DNA of 64,000 bases from an uncultured SAR116 cluster alpha proteobacterium (GCA_902622515.1 CACNQE010000008.1:15509-79508), one strand, 5' to 3'. Positions 8,835 to 19,397 are shown, numbered from the stretch's first letter. Numbers and translations are program-made. The notes: generated by a model from the letters alone, not told the origin.

Positions 8835-10016
8835 ATGAAAAAAATTATTGGTGTTTCTGCTGCTATGTTAATGCTGGCCTCTCCAGTAATAGCAGAGGAC
8901 ATAAAAATTGGTATTTCTCTTGGTTTTACGGGACCTTTAGAATCACTTGCACCTGCAATGAATAATGGTGCGCAGATGGCTATTGCGGAGGTAGCTGAGA
9001 GTAAATCTTTACTTGGTGGTAGTAATGTTGTTGCTGTGACAGGCGACTCGACATGTGCAGATACTGCTGCTGCTGTTGCGACGGGAGAAAGATTAGTAAC
9101 TGCTGAAAACGTAAATGCAATTGTAGGAGCGATGTGCTCAGGAGCTACTCAGGCGGTATTAGAAGGCGTGGCAATGCCAAATGGTATAGTTATGATTTCT
9201 GGCTCAGCAACCGCTCCAGTTTTATCAACAGTAGAAGATAATGGCTTATTTTTTAGAACTGCTCCATCAGACGCGCGTTCAGCAGAAGTTCTAGCTGATA
9301 TCCTCAAGGAGGAGGGTTATAAGTCAATTGCTATAACTTACGTCAATAATGACTATGGTAAAGGATTGGGTAGTGCTATCGAGAGTAATTTTGTTGCTGG
9401 TGGTGGCTCTGTAACCATCAATGCTGGGCACGAAGAAAATAAAGGCGATTACAGTGCAGATGCAGCAGCTCTAGCACAAGCTGGGGGAGATATTCTTGTT
9501 GTTGCAGGTTATGCTGATGGAGGCGGTGGTACCATAATCCAAGAGTCATTGGATAGAGGTTCATTCGAAACGTTCTTTTTACCAGACGGAATGTATGCTG
9601 ATAGTTTAACCAAGACTTTCGGTTCACAGATTGATGGATCATTTGGAGCTTCTGCAGGAACAGATAGTCCAGGTGATGCAACCTTCAAAACGTTATTTGC
9701 GGATGCTGGACACGAGTATAATGTTTATGCAGGTGAATATTATGATGCTGCTGCACTTATAATGTTAGCGATGCAAGCTGCTGGGTCTTCTTCCTCATCA
9801 GACTTGAAAGATCATGTAATGGACGTTGCAAACGCTCCTGGCGAGAAGATTTATCCTGGAGAATTAGCGAAAGCGATGAAGATACTCGCTGGTGGAGGGC
9901 AAATTGATTATGTGGGAGCTTCTGCAGTTGAGCTAATTGGTCCGGGTGAGTCCGGTGGTTCTTATCTTCAGTATGAAGTTAAAAATGGAAAATTTGAGAC
10001 CGTCAAATACCGTTAA
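8835..10016 (+). CDS. ABC transporter periplasmic substrate-binding protein, branched-chain amino acid (LivJ/Peripla_BP_6) family
   Basis: Signal peptide (MKKIIGVSAAMLMLASPVIA), then IKIGISLGFTGPL...IVGAMCSGAT...FFRTAPSD, typical of the Leu/Ile/Val-binding family. Confidence 0.8.
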   Translation: MKKIIGVSAAMLMLASPVIAEDIKIGISLGFTGPLESLAPAMNNGAQMAIAEVAESKSLLGGSNVVAVTGDSTCADTAAAVATGERLVTAENVNAIVGAMCSGATQAVLEGVAMPNGIVMISGSATAPVLSTVEDNGLFFRTAPSDARSAEVLADILKEEGYKSIAITYVNNDYGKGLGSAIESNFVAGGGSVTINAGHEENKGDYSADAAALAQAGGDILVVAGYADGGGGTIIQESLDRGSFETFFLPDGMYADSLTKTFGSQIDGSFGASAGTDSPGDATFKTLFADAGHEYNVYAGEYYDAAALIMLAMQAAGSSSSSDLKDHVMDVANAPGEKIYPGELAKAMKILAGGGQIDYVGASAVELIGPGESGGSYLQYEVKNGKFETVKYR

Positions 10017-10032
10017 TTGATATATGCTATAA

Positions 10033-10064
10033 ACGACCCAGTAGCCACTGGGTCGTTTTTTTTT
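10033..10064 (+). terminator. Rho-independent terminator after the binding-protein gene
   Basis: acgaccca-gtagccac-tgggtcgt forms an 8-bp GC-rich stem followed by a run of about 9 T. Confidence 0.7.
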
Positions 10065-10109
10065 ACCGAAAAATTTCTCTAAATAATGCAGTAATCGTGT
10101 GATCATAAA

Positions 10110-10880
10110 ATGCTTACAATACAACATTTAGAAAAATGGTTTGGTGGAATTCACGCCGTGAATAATGTATCTCTTACTTTCGAGACAGGGAAAATTACTG
10201 GTCTGATTGGGCCAAATGGTGCTGGTAAAACTACTCTGTTTAACGTCATCGCGGGACTTCATTTCCCAACATCTGGTAACGTATTCCTCGAGAAAGAGGA
10301 AATCACAGGACTTCCTCCTCATCAATTATTTGCGAGAGGTGTGTTGCGCACATTTCAGGTTGCTCATGAATTTTCAACTTTGCCTGTTAGAGATAACCTT
10401 ATGATGGTTCCTTCACAACAAACAGGTGAGAGATTATTGAATGTCTGGCTAAATTCAAAAAAAATAAAACAGGAAGAAGAACAGTTAAAAGAAAAGGCAA
10501 ACGAGGTATTATCTTTTCTCAATTTGGAAATGCTTGCAGATGAGCCAGCAGGAAATTTGTCAGGTGGTCAGAAGAAACTGCTTGAACTTGGAAGATGTAT
10601 GATGGTTGATGCAAAGATAGTATTTTTAGATGAAGTTGGTGCTGGGGTGAATAGAACCCTTCTGAATCATCTTGGCGATGCAATAATTCGCCTTAATAGA
10701 GAGCGAGGATATACCTTTTGCATGATAGAGCACGATATGGAGTTTATTGGGAAATTATGTGACAGCGTAGTTGTGATGGCAGAAGGAAGCGTTTTGGTAG
10801 AAGATAGCATAAAAGCAATAAAAGAAAATCCAGATGTGATCGAAGCATATCTGGGCAGAGGGATGAAAAATAAATCATGA
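10110..10880 (+). CDS. ABC transporter ATP-binding protein (LivG-like)
   Basis: Walker A GPNGAGKTT, signature LSGGQKKLLE, Walker B IVFLDE, and the LivG-type C-terminus (VIEAYLG). Confidence 0.85.
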   Translation: MLTIQHLEKWFGGIHAVNNVSLTFETGKITGLIGPNGAGKTTLFNVIAGLHFPTSGNVFLEKEEITGLPPHQLFARGVLRTFQVAHEFSTLPVRDNLMMVPSQQTGERLLNVWLNSKKIKQEEEQLKEKANEVLSFLNLEMLADEPAGNLSGGQKKLLELGRCMMVDAKIVFLDEVGAGVNRTLLNHLGDAIIRLNRERGYTFCMIEHDMEFIGKLCDSVVVMAEGSVLVEDSIKAIKENPDVIEAYLGRGMKNKS

Positions 10881-10914
10881 TTTCTGTCAATGTAATTTCA
10901 TTGGATAGTTTCAA

Positions 10915-11619
10915 ATGACCTTTTTTGAAGGGAAAAATATGTATGCGGGTTATGGTGCTACAATGATATTAAATGGATGTTCTATCTCAGTTGATAGAGG
11001 GAAGATTACTGTAATCGTTGGTCCCAACGGAGCAGGTAAATCCACAGCAATGAAAGCATTATTTGGCATGCTTCCTCTATCAAGAGGGTCTGTTACTTTT
11101 GACGGGAAAGATATAGTACATCTTCGTCCTGAACAACGAGTGATGTTGGGAATGGCCTATGTACCGCAAACTAGCAATGTATTTCCTTCTATGACGGTTT
11201 TAGAAAACTTAGAGATGGGCGGATTTATTCGTATAGACGATTTAAGCTCTACGATAGCTGAGATTTTTGACTTATTTCCAATTTTAAAAACCAAGCAGGG
11301 GCAAGCTGCTGGTGAGTTATCAGGGGGACAGAGGCAGCAAGTTGCTGTGGCGAGGGCTCTAATGACCCAGCCTAAGATTTTAATGCTAGATGAACCAACC
11401 GCGGGAGTATCACCTATTGTAATGGATGAATTATTTGACAGGATAATAGACATTGCGAAAATGGGTGTTGCCATAGTTATGGTCGAGCAAAATGCAAAAC
11501 AGGCATTGCAAATAGCAGATAGAGGATTTGTATTAGTTCAAGGTGAAAATAAGTTTACAGATACTGGTTCATCCCTTCTCGGTAATTCGGAAGTTAGAAA
11601 AGCTTTTTTGGGAGGCTGA
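10915..11619 (+). CDS. ABC transporter ATP-binding protein (LivF-like)
   Basis: GPNGAGKST, LSGGQRQQVAVARAL, LMLDEP, and VRKAFLGG at the C-terminus. Confidence 0.85.
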   Translation: MTFFEGKNMYAGYGATMILNGCSISVDRGKITVIVGPNGAGKSTAMKALFGMLPLSRGSVTFDGKDIVHLRPEQRVMLGMAYVPQTSNVFPSMTVLENLEMGGFIRIDDLSSTIAEIFDLFPILKTKQGQAAGELSGGQRQQVAVARALMTQPKILMLDEPTAGVSPIVMDELFDRIIDIAKMGVAIVMVEQNAKQALQIADRGFVLVQGENKFTDTGSSLLGNSEVRKAFLGG

Positions 11620-11624
11620 TTGCA

Positions 11625-12638
11625 ATGATAGATTATATAAATGCAATTACGCTTCTTGCAAATTATATAATTGTTCCCTCCCTTGCTTATGGTAGCCAGT
11701 TAGCACTTGGTGCGCTTGGTATTACAATGGTGTATGCGGTCTTACGCTTCTCTAACTTTGCTCATGGCGAAATTATGTCCTTTGGCACGATGATTAGCAT
11801 TTTTATTATTTGGTTATTTCAGTCTATAGGCATTTCAATCAATCCGTTGCCAACGGCTCTTTTGGCGCTTCCATTTTCAATTACTGCAACTATAATTTTA
11901 TTATTAATTTTAGATAAAACAGTTTTTAGATATTATCAGCAACAGCGCGTACAGCCGGTTACCTTTATGATTGTATCGGTTGGGGTCATGTTTTTTCTTG
12001 CCGGGTTTATTCGGTTTTTAATAGGCACATCTAAGAAGAATTTTGATGATGGGGAACGATTCATCGTCAAGGCCTCTCAGTTTAAGCAAATGACAGGATT
12101 GGCTGAGGGATTATCTATCAGAACAACTCAAGCTATTACTGTTATTGTTACAATATTGCTTGTGATCTTTATTTTTTGGTTTTTGAATAAAACGAGGACA
12201 GGTAAATCAATGCGAGCTTTTTCAGATAATGAAGATCTAGCCTTGTTATCAGGAATAAATCCAGAGAGAGTGATCATAATTACCTGGATCTTAGTTGGTG
12301 TTCTGGCTTCTGTGGCAGGCACTTTATATGGGCTTGATAAAGGTTATAAGCCTTTTGTATACCTCCAACTTGTTTTACCAATATTTGCCGCTGCTATAGT
12401 TGGAGGTGTTGGAAACCCGATAGGAGCAGTTGCAGGAGGATATATAATAGCTTTCTCAGAGGCTTTCATAACCTTTGCATATAAACGTTTCCTAACTTAT
12501 CTTTTGCCTAAAGAATGGGCACCCGAAGGACTCGTTCAAATTTTATCAACAGAATATAAATTTGCTATATCGTTTGTTTTGCTTGTAATTGTTTTGCTAG
12601 TGAGACCTACCGGTTTATTCCGCGGAAAAACTCTATGA
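11625..12638 (+). CDS. Branched-chain amino acid ABC permease (LivH-like)
   Basis: Polytopic membrane protein with the FAHGE motif, the MRAFSDNEDLALLSGIN loop and LLVRPTGLFG-type ending characteristic of LivH. Confidence 0.8.
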   Translation: MIDYINAITLLANYIIVPSLAYGSQLALGALGITMVYAVLRFSNFAHGEIMSFGTMISIFIIWLFQSIGISINPLPTALLALPFSITATIILLLILDKTVFRYYQQQRVQPVTFMIVSVGVMFFLAGFIRFLIGTSKKNFDDGERFIVKASQFKQMTGLAEGLSIRTTQAITVIVTILLVIFIFWFLNKTRTGKSMRAFSDNEDLALLSGINPERVIIITWILVGVLASVAGTLYGLDKGYKPFVYLQLVLPIFAAAIVGGVGNPIGAVAGGYIIAFSEAFITFAYKRFLTYLLPKEWAPEGLVQILSTEYKFAISFVLLVIVLLVRPTGLFRGKTL

Positions 12639-13978
12639 AGCTATGGAACCAAAAATCAAACAAAAAAGTGTTTTTATTATTTGCACTTATGAGTGGCGCA
12701 TTATTAATTGTAGGGTTCTTTCAAAGTTGGAATTTGATGCTCGCAATTTTAAACCTTTGTCTGATTTCGGCGGTTATGTCACTCGGTGTAAATCTACAGT
12801 GGGGATATGCAGGCCTGTTTAATGCCGGAATAATGGGATTTGCTGCCCTTGGAGGTCTAGCGGCTATGCTGGTTACTAAAGCGCCTGTAATAGGGGCTTG
12901 GCATGCGGGCGGTTTTGGTATTTTGTTAGGAATGTTTATCTTGGTAGTGAGCGCTATTCTGGCTTATTTTGTATGGGTTAGATTGGAGGGTAGGGGAAAA
13001 AAGCGATACTGGTATGTCATATTTATAGTAGTTATTGGGTATATTATTTCTCGTTTCGTATTAGGGCCTGCAATAATTAGCATTGAGTCTTTCGAACCAT
13101 CTTCATCTGGATATTTGGGAGGTGCGGGTCTTCCTGTTTTGCTTTCTTGGTTTGTTGGCGGATTATTAGCGGCTTTAGTCGCATTTTTTATAGGTAGAAT
13201 TACGTTAGGCTTGCGTTCAGACTATCTTGCTATTGCCACACTTGGCATCTCAGAAATAGTTATTTTTATATTTAAAAATGAGGACTGGTTAACTAGGGGA
13301 GTTAAAAATGTAACTGGTATTCCTCGCCCAGTTCCCTATGAGATTGAACTTCAGTCATCCATATGGTTTCAAAATCTATCAGAATATATTGGCATCGGCG
13401 TGATACAAGCCTCAAGTCTGTTCGTTAAATTATGTTATACATCTCTGTTTCTATCGGTTTTGCTTATTCTATTATGGCTTTGTGAAAAGGCGTTAAATTC
13501 GCCTTGGGGAAGAATGATGCGTGCAATTCGGGATAACGAAACAGCAGCAAGTGCGATGGGTAAAGATGTGACCTCGCGACATCTGCAGATTTTTGTTATC
13601 GGATCAGCTATTGTAGGAATTGCAGGCGCAATGCTTGTAACATTAGACGGCCAGTTCAACCCAACTATATATCACCCTTTGAGATTTACATTTTTAATAT
13701 GGGTGATGGTGATTGTTGGCGGTTCGGGGAATAATTTTGGAGCTATCTTAGGGGGCTTTGTCGTATGGTTCTTTTGGATAGAAGCTGAAATTATTGGTAA
13801 CGCGTTAGTGCAGATTTTAACTTTACCTTTATCTGATAGCTCCTCTCTTAAAGAACATTTTTTAAACACAGCACCTCAATTAAGGTTGTTAATTATGGGA
13901 TTAGTTTTATTGTTGTTTTTGAGATTTGCACCTCGCGGTGTAATTCCAGAAAAAACTCTTAGAAAACTCTCTGAGTAA
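12635..13978 (+). CDS. Branched-chain amino acid ABC permease (LivM-like, extended)
   Basis: GYAGLFNAG, RSDYLAIATLGISEI and MRAIRDNETAASAMG motifs. There is a 4-nt overlap with the upstream permease gene. At 447 aa it is long for the family. Confidence 0.8.
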   Translation: MKLWNQKSNKKVFLLFALMSGALLIVGFFQSWNLMLAILNLCLISAVMSLGVNLQWGYAGLFNAGIMGFAALGGLAAMLVTKAPVIGAWHAGGFGILLGMFILVVSAILAYFVWVRLEGRGKKRYWYVIFIVVIGYIISRFVLGPAIISIESFEPSSSGYLGGAGLPVLLSWFVGGLLAALVAFFIGRITLGLRSDYLAIATLGISEIVIFIFKNEDWLTRGVKNVTGIPRPVPYEIELQSSIWFQNLSEYIGIGVIQASSLFVKLCYTSLFLSVLLILLWLCEKALNSPWGRMMRAIRDNETAASAMGKDVTSRHLQIFVIGSAIVGIAGAMLVTLDGQFNPTIYHPLRFTFLIWVMVIVGGSGNNFGAILGGFVVWFFWIEAEIIGNALVQILTLPLSDSSSLKEHFLNTAPQLRLLIMGLVLLLFLRFAPRGVIPEKTLRKLSE

Positions 13979-14074
13979 CCTAATTAAACATTGGTTCTTA
14001 ATTGCTTAAAAAACTCATTTATCCTATCCTGCAAAAAAATTAATAAAAAGCAATTCATATGGAATATATTCTAA

Positions 14075-15502
14075 ATGAACTTTGAGACAAGAAATCTGAA
14101 ATCTTGGAGAGCAACCAAAATTTTGGCAACATTAGGCTCTGCAAGTGAGAGTGAAGAGCAAATTACAAAATTGGTTCAAGCTGGCGTAAATATGGTCAGA
14201 ATGAACTTCAGCCATGGCACACGCGAGGAGCATCTCATGAGGATAACACGTGTGCGAGCTGTTGAGAAAAAACTCTCTAAACCAATTGGTATATTAGCAG
14301 ATTTGCAGGGGCCGAAATACCGGATTGGTATCGTTGAAGAGGACTTATTTTTGATTGAGGGAAATCTAGTACAATTTGACCTTGATGATAAGATCGGTAA
14401 TTCAGAACGATTACCACTTCCGCACCCTGAGATTTTTGAAGCCCTGTATCCAGGCGCAAGATTGCTAATGGATGACGGTAAACTTGAGTTAATTGTAAGG
14501 ACTATCTCCAATAACATATTTTCAGCAGAGGTCTTGATAGGAGGACCAGTCTTGAGTCGAAAAGGTGTGAATGTTCCTGATATTAAATTAAATACAAACG
14601 TCCTAACAGAGAAAGATTCAATCGATTTAGAATTTGCACTGGATAATGGTGCTGACTGGATAGCGTTATCCTTTGTTCAGTCAGTATCTGATGTTTTATT
14701 TGCTAAAGCGAGAATAGCGGGTAGAGCACAATTGATGGCTAAAATAGAAAAGCCAGCGGCTTTATTAGAAATTGAAGATATTATTAATGCTAGTGATGCA
14801 ATTATGATTGCAAGGGGTGATTTGGGGGTTGAGCTTGATGCTGCCGAGGTACCATCTGTTCAAAAAAGATTGATATATCAATGCCGAAAAGTGGGAAAAC
14901 CAGTTGTGGTTGCCACTCAAATGTTAGAATCTATGATAGCAAGTCCAACGCCTACAAGGGCAGAAGCAACGGATGTTGCTGGGGCAGTATTTGATGGGGC
15001 CGATACAGTAATGCTGTCTGCCGAAACAGCGATTGGTGAATATCCAGTAGAAGTAGTTGAAACAATGGCGAATATACTTATTTCAGCGGAAAACCACATA
15101 AACTATTTTTCTTTTGACGGCCCTGCTCCATTAGAAGTGGAGCCATCAATATATCATGCCGTAGCAAAGGCATCAGTTGCGCTTGCGCAAACAATTAAGG
15201 CCAAGGCTATCATAGCCTATACAGCATCAGGAAATACAGCTGTGAGAATTGCGAGAGAAAGGCCAGCAATAAGATTATTTGTTTCAACTCCTGAGCAAAC
15301 TGTTCAGAGAAGACTATCTATATTGTATGGAGCCACAACAATACGTCAGGCTGAAACAGATTACGAGAGAGCATTATCTATAACAAAAAAAATACTTATA
15401 AAAGAAAATGCTGTTGCTAAAAATGATGCGATAGTGGTGGTGGCAGGTTTCCCATTTGGTCTTGCGGGCAGTACTAACGCTATTCGTGTAGAGCATATCT
15501 AA
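14075..15502 (+). CDS. pyk: Pyruvate kinase
   Basis: TKILATLG, VNMVRMNFSHG, DLQGPKYR, IMIARGDLGVE, ATQMLESM and MLSAETA motifs. Confidence 0.9.
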   Translation: MNFETRNLKSWRATKILATLGSASESEEQITKLVQAGVNMVRMNFSHGTREEHLMRITRVRAVEKKLSKPIGILADLQGPKYRIGIVEEDLFLIEGNLVQFDLDDKIGNSERLPLPHPEIFEALYPGARLLMDDGKLELIVRTISNNIFSAEVLIGGPVLSRKGVNVPDIKLNTNVLTEKDSIDLEFALDNGADWIALSFVQSVSDVLFAKARIAGRAQLMAKIEKPAALLEIEDIINASDAIMIARGDLGVELDAAEVPSVQKRLIYQCRKVGKPVVVATQMLESMIASPTPTRAEATDVAGAVFDGADTVMLSAETAIGEYPVEVVETMANILISAENHINYFSFDGPAPLEVEPSIYHAVAKASVALAQTIKAKAIIAYTASGNTAVRIARERPAIRLFVSTPEQTVQRRLSILYGATTIRQAETDYERALSITKKILIKENAVAKNDAIVVVAGFPFGLAGSTNAIRVEHI

Positions 15503-15514
15503 TTATAACTGTTT

Positions 15515-16114
15515 CTATGTGAGAACACCTTTTAATTCTTCTTCGAGCCTGATGATAGCTTTTTTTACATCTAATAAATGTGGGTTTATAGAAGCAGCGC
15601 TTTTATAAGCCTCAAGTGCTGCTTTATGATTTCCAAGGTGAACCTCAACCATACCAAGACCAGCTAAAGCGCCAAAATGATTACTTTCTAATGCTAATGT
15701 CTGAGCAATATCGATTTTTGATTTCTCAAATTCACCCATAAAGAATAAAACGGTTGCTCTTTTGTTCCAAGCCTCCGCAAATTTATTATCTTGGTCAATA
15801 ATATAGCTAAAAACTGCTTTTGCAGCCCTTAATTGACCAGACTGCATTAAATCTATACCCATCTGCATCTGTTTGCTTAGCGTATGGTCAGAGTCATGGG
15901 TGGTCCATATTTGCCATATCTTACTCGAAATAACTTCGCCATCTTCGAGCGATTTAGCTGTCTTAAGTTCTAAAAATAAGTTAGCTAATTCTGGATTTCG
16001 TTGATCCGCTAAAGCTGACCCAGAGCTAATGTAAAAACAAGCAACGATAAAAATACCAAATTGCCAGCATCGGCAAAAATGTCTTAATTGTTTTTGATAG
16101 AAAATAATTTTCAT
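15515..16114 (-). CDS. Secreted TPR-repeat protein
   Basis: TPR repeats (AEAWNKRATVLFFMGEFEKS..., FGALAGLGMVEVHLGNHKAALEAY). I chose the internal start MKIIFYQK... because it is followed by a signal-like hydrophobic stretch (...SSGSALA). The track ORF start at 16246 would overlap the rhodanese gene and add a low-complexity leader. Confidence 0.6.
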   Translation of the reverse strand: MKIIFYQKQLRHFCRCWQFGIFIVACFYISSGSALADQRNPELANLFLELKTAKSLEDGEVISSKIWQIWTTHDSDHTLSKQMQMGIDLMQSGQLRAAKAVFSYIIDQDNKFAEAWNKRATVLFFMGEFEKSKIDIAQTLALESNHFGALAGLGMVEVHLGNHKAALEAYKSAASINPHLLDVKKAIIRLEEELKGVLT

Positions 16115-16212
16115 ATTACAAAAATGAGTAAAAATTTTAAAAAAGCAAGATGTAAAAGTTAACTTTATAAAAACAAATATTTTTGTAAAGTTATAATGTA
16201 ATCGTAAACTTA

Positions 16213-16614
16213 TCATCTTTTCCAAGGTAAGGAATGCGATTTCCATCCCTCAATTACTTTTGGATGTTCCTCCTGATATGAATGTCCCTCAAACCCTTCT
16301 GCTACGTTTGTTACGTCATTAAAACCAGCCTTTAACAAAATTTTACAAGCAGCTGCAGAGCGTGCACCAGACCTACAGATTAAATATAAAGGGGTTTCAT
16401 GAGAAGTATATTCCTCAACCTGCTCTATAAAGTCATGGTTTATTGATTGGTCTTGACGCAGAAGTTCAATTTTCAAAACAGATTTATTTATTGATGAGAG
16501 GTCAGGTACTCCGATATTTATCCATTCTTGTTCTGTGCGACAGTCAATTAATACAGCATCCTTAGTCTCTTTTAATTTCTTATAGGCTATGGGGGGCGTT
16601 ACCTCTTGAAACAT
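16213..16614 (-). CDS. Rhodanese-domain sulfurtransferase
   Basis: Single rhodanese domain with the active-site loop CRSGARS. Confidence 0.75.
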   Translation of the reverse strand: MFQEVTPPIAYKKLKETKDAVLIDCRTEQEWINIGVPDLSSINKSVLKIELLRQDQSINHDFIEQVEEYTSHETPLYLICRSGARSAAACKILLKAGFNDVTNVAEGFEGHSYQEEHPKVIEGWKSHSLPWKR

Positions 16615-16740
16615 TTATAACCTCCATATTTTTTAAAAACTGTAAAAATAAAAGAATAAAAATAAATTATCTATTGCTCGCCTTACTAACTTGAAACTAT
16701 ATTTTTCAAAAGTAAAAAATATAATAAAGGAATATAACCC

Positions 16741-17739
16741 ATGTTTAAAGCAATTATCGTAAATAAAGCAGAGGATGACACGATATATGCAAATTTGTCT
16801 GATGTAAAAGATTCTCAACTTCCTGAGGAGGGGGATGTTACAATAGAAGTTCATTATTCTGATGTTAACTTCAAGGATGGTCTGTGTCTGAGCGGGAAGG
16901 GAAGATTAGTTCGTGAATATCCGCATATTCCTGGCATTGATTTTTCTGGAATAGTGCTAGAAAGCAAGGACGCTCGTTTTAAGCCTGGTGATAAAGTAAT
17001 TAATACTGGCTGGCGTGTTGGTGAAGTTTGGTTTGGTGGATATAGTCAGAAAGCAAAGGTAAAAGCAGACTGGTTAGTACCCTTGCCAGATTCGATGTCA
17101 TTAAAGAATTCTATGGCTATAGGTACTGCTGGACTTAGTGCGATGCTTGGTATTATTGAACTAGAGGATAATGGCATGAAACCAGACTCTGGTCCTGTTT
17201 TAGTTACAGGTGCAACAGGTGGTGTAGGCTCTATAGCGGTTGCAGTATTGGCTTTCCTTGGTTATGAAGTTGCATGTGTTACTGGGAATGTAAACAAAAA
17301 TACTCCATTTCTAAAAGATATAGGTGCAACCAAAATTATTGAGAGAAAATCCTTAGCAGAACCATCTAATAAGACATTGGAGTCTGCCGTTTGGGGCGGA
17401 TGCATCGACACAGTTGGTGGTATAATGCTTGCTCGTATTCTCTCTCAAATGAAACATGAAACAGCAGTTGCTGCAATTGGTAATGCAGGAGACTCTTCCC
17501 TTCCAGCTAGTGTAATTCCGTTTTTACTCAGAGGTATTAAATTGATAGGGATTGACTCTGCAAGCAAAGAAACGCCAAAGCGAATTCGGGCATGGGAGCG
17601 TTTATCCTCTGACTTGCCACCACATCTGCTTGATTTAATTTGCACAGAAATAAAATTATCAGAGGTTATTCAGGCGGGTAAAGACATTTTAGCTGGAAAC
17701 ACATTTGGGAGATTGGTCGTAAACGTTAAAGACGCTTGA
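16741..17739 (+). CDS. YhdH/AcuI-family NADPH-dependent quinone/acrylyl-CoA oxidoreductase (MDR superfamily)
   Basis: VEVHYSDVNFKDGL, PGIDFSG, GGYSQKAKV..DWLVPLP and VLVTGATGGVG match the YhdH/YhfP subfamily. Confidence 0.75.
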   Translation: MFKAIIVNKAEDDTIYANLSDVKDSQLPEEGDVTIEVHYSDVNFKDGLCLSGKGRLVREYPHIPGIDFSGIVLESKDARFKPGDKVINTGWRVGEVWFGGYSQKAKVKADWLVPLPDSMSLKNSMAIGTAGLSAMLGIIELEDNGMKPDSGPVLVTGATGGVGSIAVAVLAFLGYEVACVTGNVNKNTPFLKDIGATKIIERKSLAEPSNKTLESAVWGGCIDTVGGIMLARILSQMKHETAVAAIGNAGDSSLPASVIPFLLRGIKLIGIDSASKETPKRIRAWERLSSDLPPHLLDLICTEIKLSEVIQAGKDILAGNTFGRLVVNVKDA

Positions 17740-17779
17740 TGGAGAGTGCCAAAACCAAAATTTAGCTTTATCCCTAAGA

Positions 17780-18322
17780 TTAGGTTTTTTTTACGATTGC
17801 AATATGTTGAAGGTTTCGACCTTGTTGCGCATAATCAATACCATATCCAATGACAAATTCATCTGGGATATCAAATCCGACCCAGTCAACATCTACCTTA
17901 ACTTCTCTTCGAGATGGTTTGTTGAGTAGAGTGCAAATTCGAAGAGACTTTGGTTTTCTTGTTTCGAGCAGACTTACAACTTGTGATAATGTGTGTCCTG
18001 TATCGATTATGTCCTCGATTATAAGTATATCTCTGTTTTTCAAATCTGTTTCAACGTCTTTTATAATTCGTAATTGTCCTGAAGACTTCATTTTATTACC
18101 ATAACTTGAAACTGTCATGAAATCTACCTCAACTGGCAAATCCAGACAACGCACTAAATCAGCAATAAAAACAAAGGAACCTCGCAGAAGACCTATAACA
18201 ACGAGTTGGTCTGTTTGCTCATAGGCTTTGCTGATTTGTTCTGATAATGTGTTAATTCGTGAAGCTATTTCTGCTTCCGTAATTAGAATTTCAAGTTTTT
18301 CGCCTGTTACAAGTACCGCCAT
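17780..18322 (-). CDS. hpt: Hypoxanthine phosphoribosyltransferase
   Basis: LLRGSFVFIADL and the PRPP motif ILIIEDIIDTGHTL, plus VGFDIPDEFVIGYGIDY. Confidence 0.9.
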   Translation of the reverse strand: MAVLVTGEKLEILITEAEIASRINTLSEQISKAYEQTDQLVVIGLLRGSFVFIADLVRCLDLPVEVDFMTVSSYGNKMKSSGQLRIIKDVETDLKNRDILIIEDIIDTGHTLSQVVSLLETRKPKSLRICTLLNKPSRREVKVDVDWVGFDIPDEFVIGYGIDYAQQGRNLQHIAIVKKT

Positions 18323-18520
18323 TATTTCTCACTTATTTTTTAATTTCACGAGCATGAATATGCTAGCTTGTTTTAAATACAAAAACTAGTAAGAACAGAG
18401 ACATATTAACAGAACAATGTTAAAATTTTTGGTATTAAAAATTATCCAATCGACATGAATCATTTATGAGCAATTAATTCAATTATTAAATATTAGCAAA
18501 TTTCTTGTTAAAGGAGTAAA

Positions 18521-19366
18521 ATGCTCGATTTATTTTTAAGTGATATGTTTGGTATTGCTTTCATTTTATTGCTTACAGGCATTTTTGCCGGCTTTGTTGC
18601 TGGTCTTTTAGGTGTTGGCGGTGGAATTATTATGGTTCCAATGGTTGCATATATTCTAACGCAAACTCAGACAGGGATATTAACAGCGATGCATTCAGCT
18701 ATCGGCACATCGTTAGCTGTAATTATACCTACATCTTTTTTATCGGCAAAAACACATATGGCTCTTGGAAATGTAGATTTTTTTGTCGTTCGAAAGTTTG
18801 CCTTATACGTATTCATCGGTGCGTGTGGAGGCGCAATGGTTGCACGTTTGTTGGATAATTCTTCCTTAAAAATTCTTTTTGGTTCCTTGTGTATCATTTT
18901 TGGATTTATATTTCTTTTAAAAAACATTGTATTAAGAAAAGGTCTACCTAATATTTTATTTAGAGCGGTGATTGGTGGAACAGTTGGTCTATTATCTTCA
19001 TTAGTTGGTATTGGAGGAGGTTCACTAATGGTACCTTCACTAACTTCTTTTGGATGGAAAATGCACAGAGCTGTTGGGACATCAGCTCTTATCGGATTAG
19101 TGATTGCTATTCCTGGCATGACAAGTTTTGTTTTAATGGGCATGGAAGTGCCCGGAAGACCAACCTACTCTTTTGGCTATGTCTGGCTCCCAGGAGTATT
19201 GTGTCTTACAACCACATCTTTTTTTATGGTGATAATTGGTGCAAAAACAGCTGATAGGATTAATCGTGATAAGCTTCGTAAGATATTTGGTATAGTGCTA
19301 TCAATAGTCGGTTTAAGACTTGCCTATTCAGGTTTTATAGCAGGCGGATTTGGATTTTTAGCATAA
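18521..19366 (+). CDS. TauE/SafE-family anion exporter membrane protein
   Basis: Eight predicted TM helices with duplicated GxGGGxxxVP motifs (LGVGGGIIMVP, VGIGGGSLMVP). Confidence 0.8.
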   Translation: MLDLFLSDMFGIAFILLLTGIFAGFVAGLLGVGGGIIMVPMVAYILTQTQTGILTAMHSAIGTSLAVIIPTSFLSAKTHMALGNVDFFVVRKFALYVFIGACGGAMVARLLDNSSLKILFGSLCIIFGFIFLLKNIVLRKGLPNILFRAVIGGTVGLLSSLVGIGGGSLMVPSLTSFGWKMHRAVGTSALIGLVIAIPGMTSFVLMGMEVPGRPTYSFGYVWLPGVLCLTTTSFFMVIIGAKTADRINRDKLRKIFGIVLSIVGLRLAYSGFIAGGFGFLA

Positions 19367-19397
19367 TGAAGAGCAATACCAACTCAGTAATATATTT

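Noticed and set aside
16115-16246. N-terminal 44-aa extension of the TPR protein ORF (track start 16246)
   Set aside because: The extension overlaps the 3' end of the rhodanese gene and encodes F/K/I-rich low-complexity sequence. The internal Met at 16114 gives a normal signal-peptide-like N-terminus.
16633-16854. 73-aa ORF spanning the rhodanese/acuI divergent intergenic region
   Set aside because: The translation is a low-complexity F/I/Y/K-rich product of AT-rich promoter DNA. It overlaps the start of the well-supported oxidoreductase gene and has no RBS.
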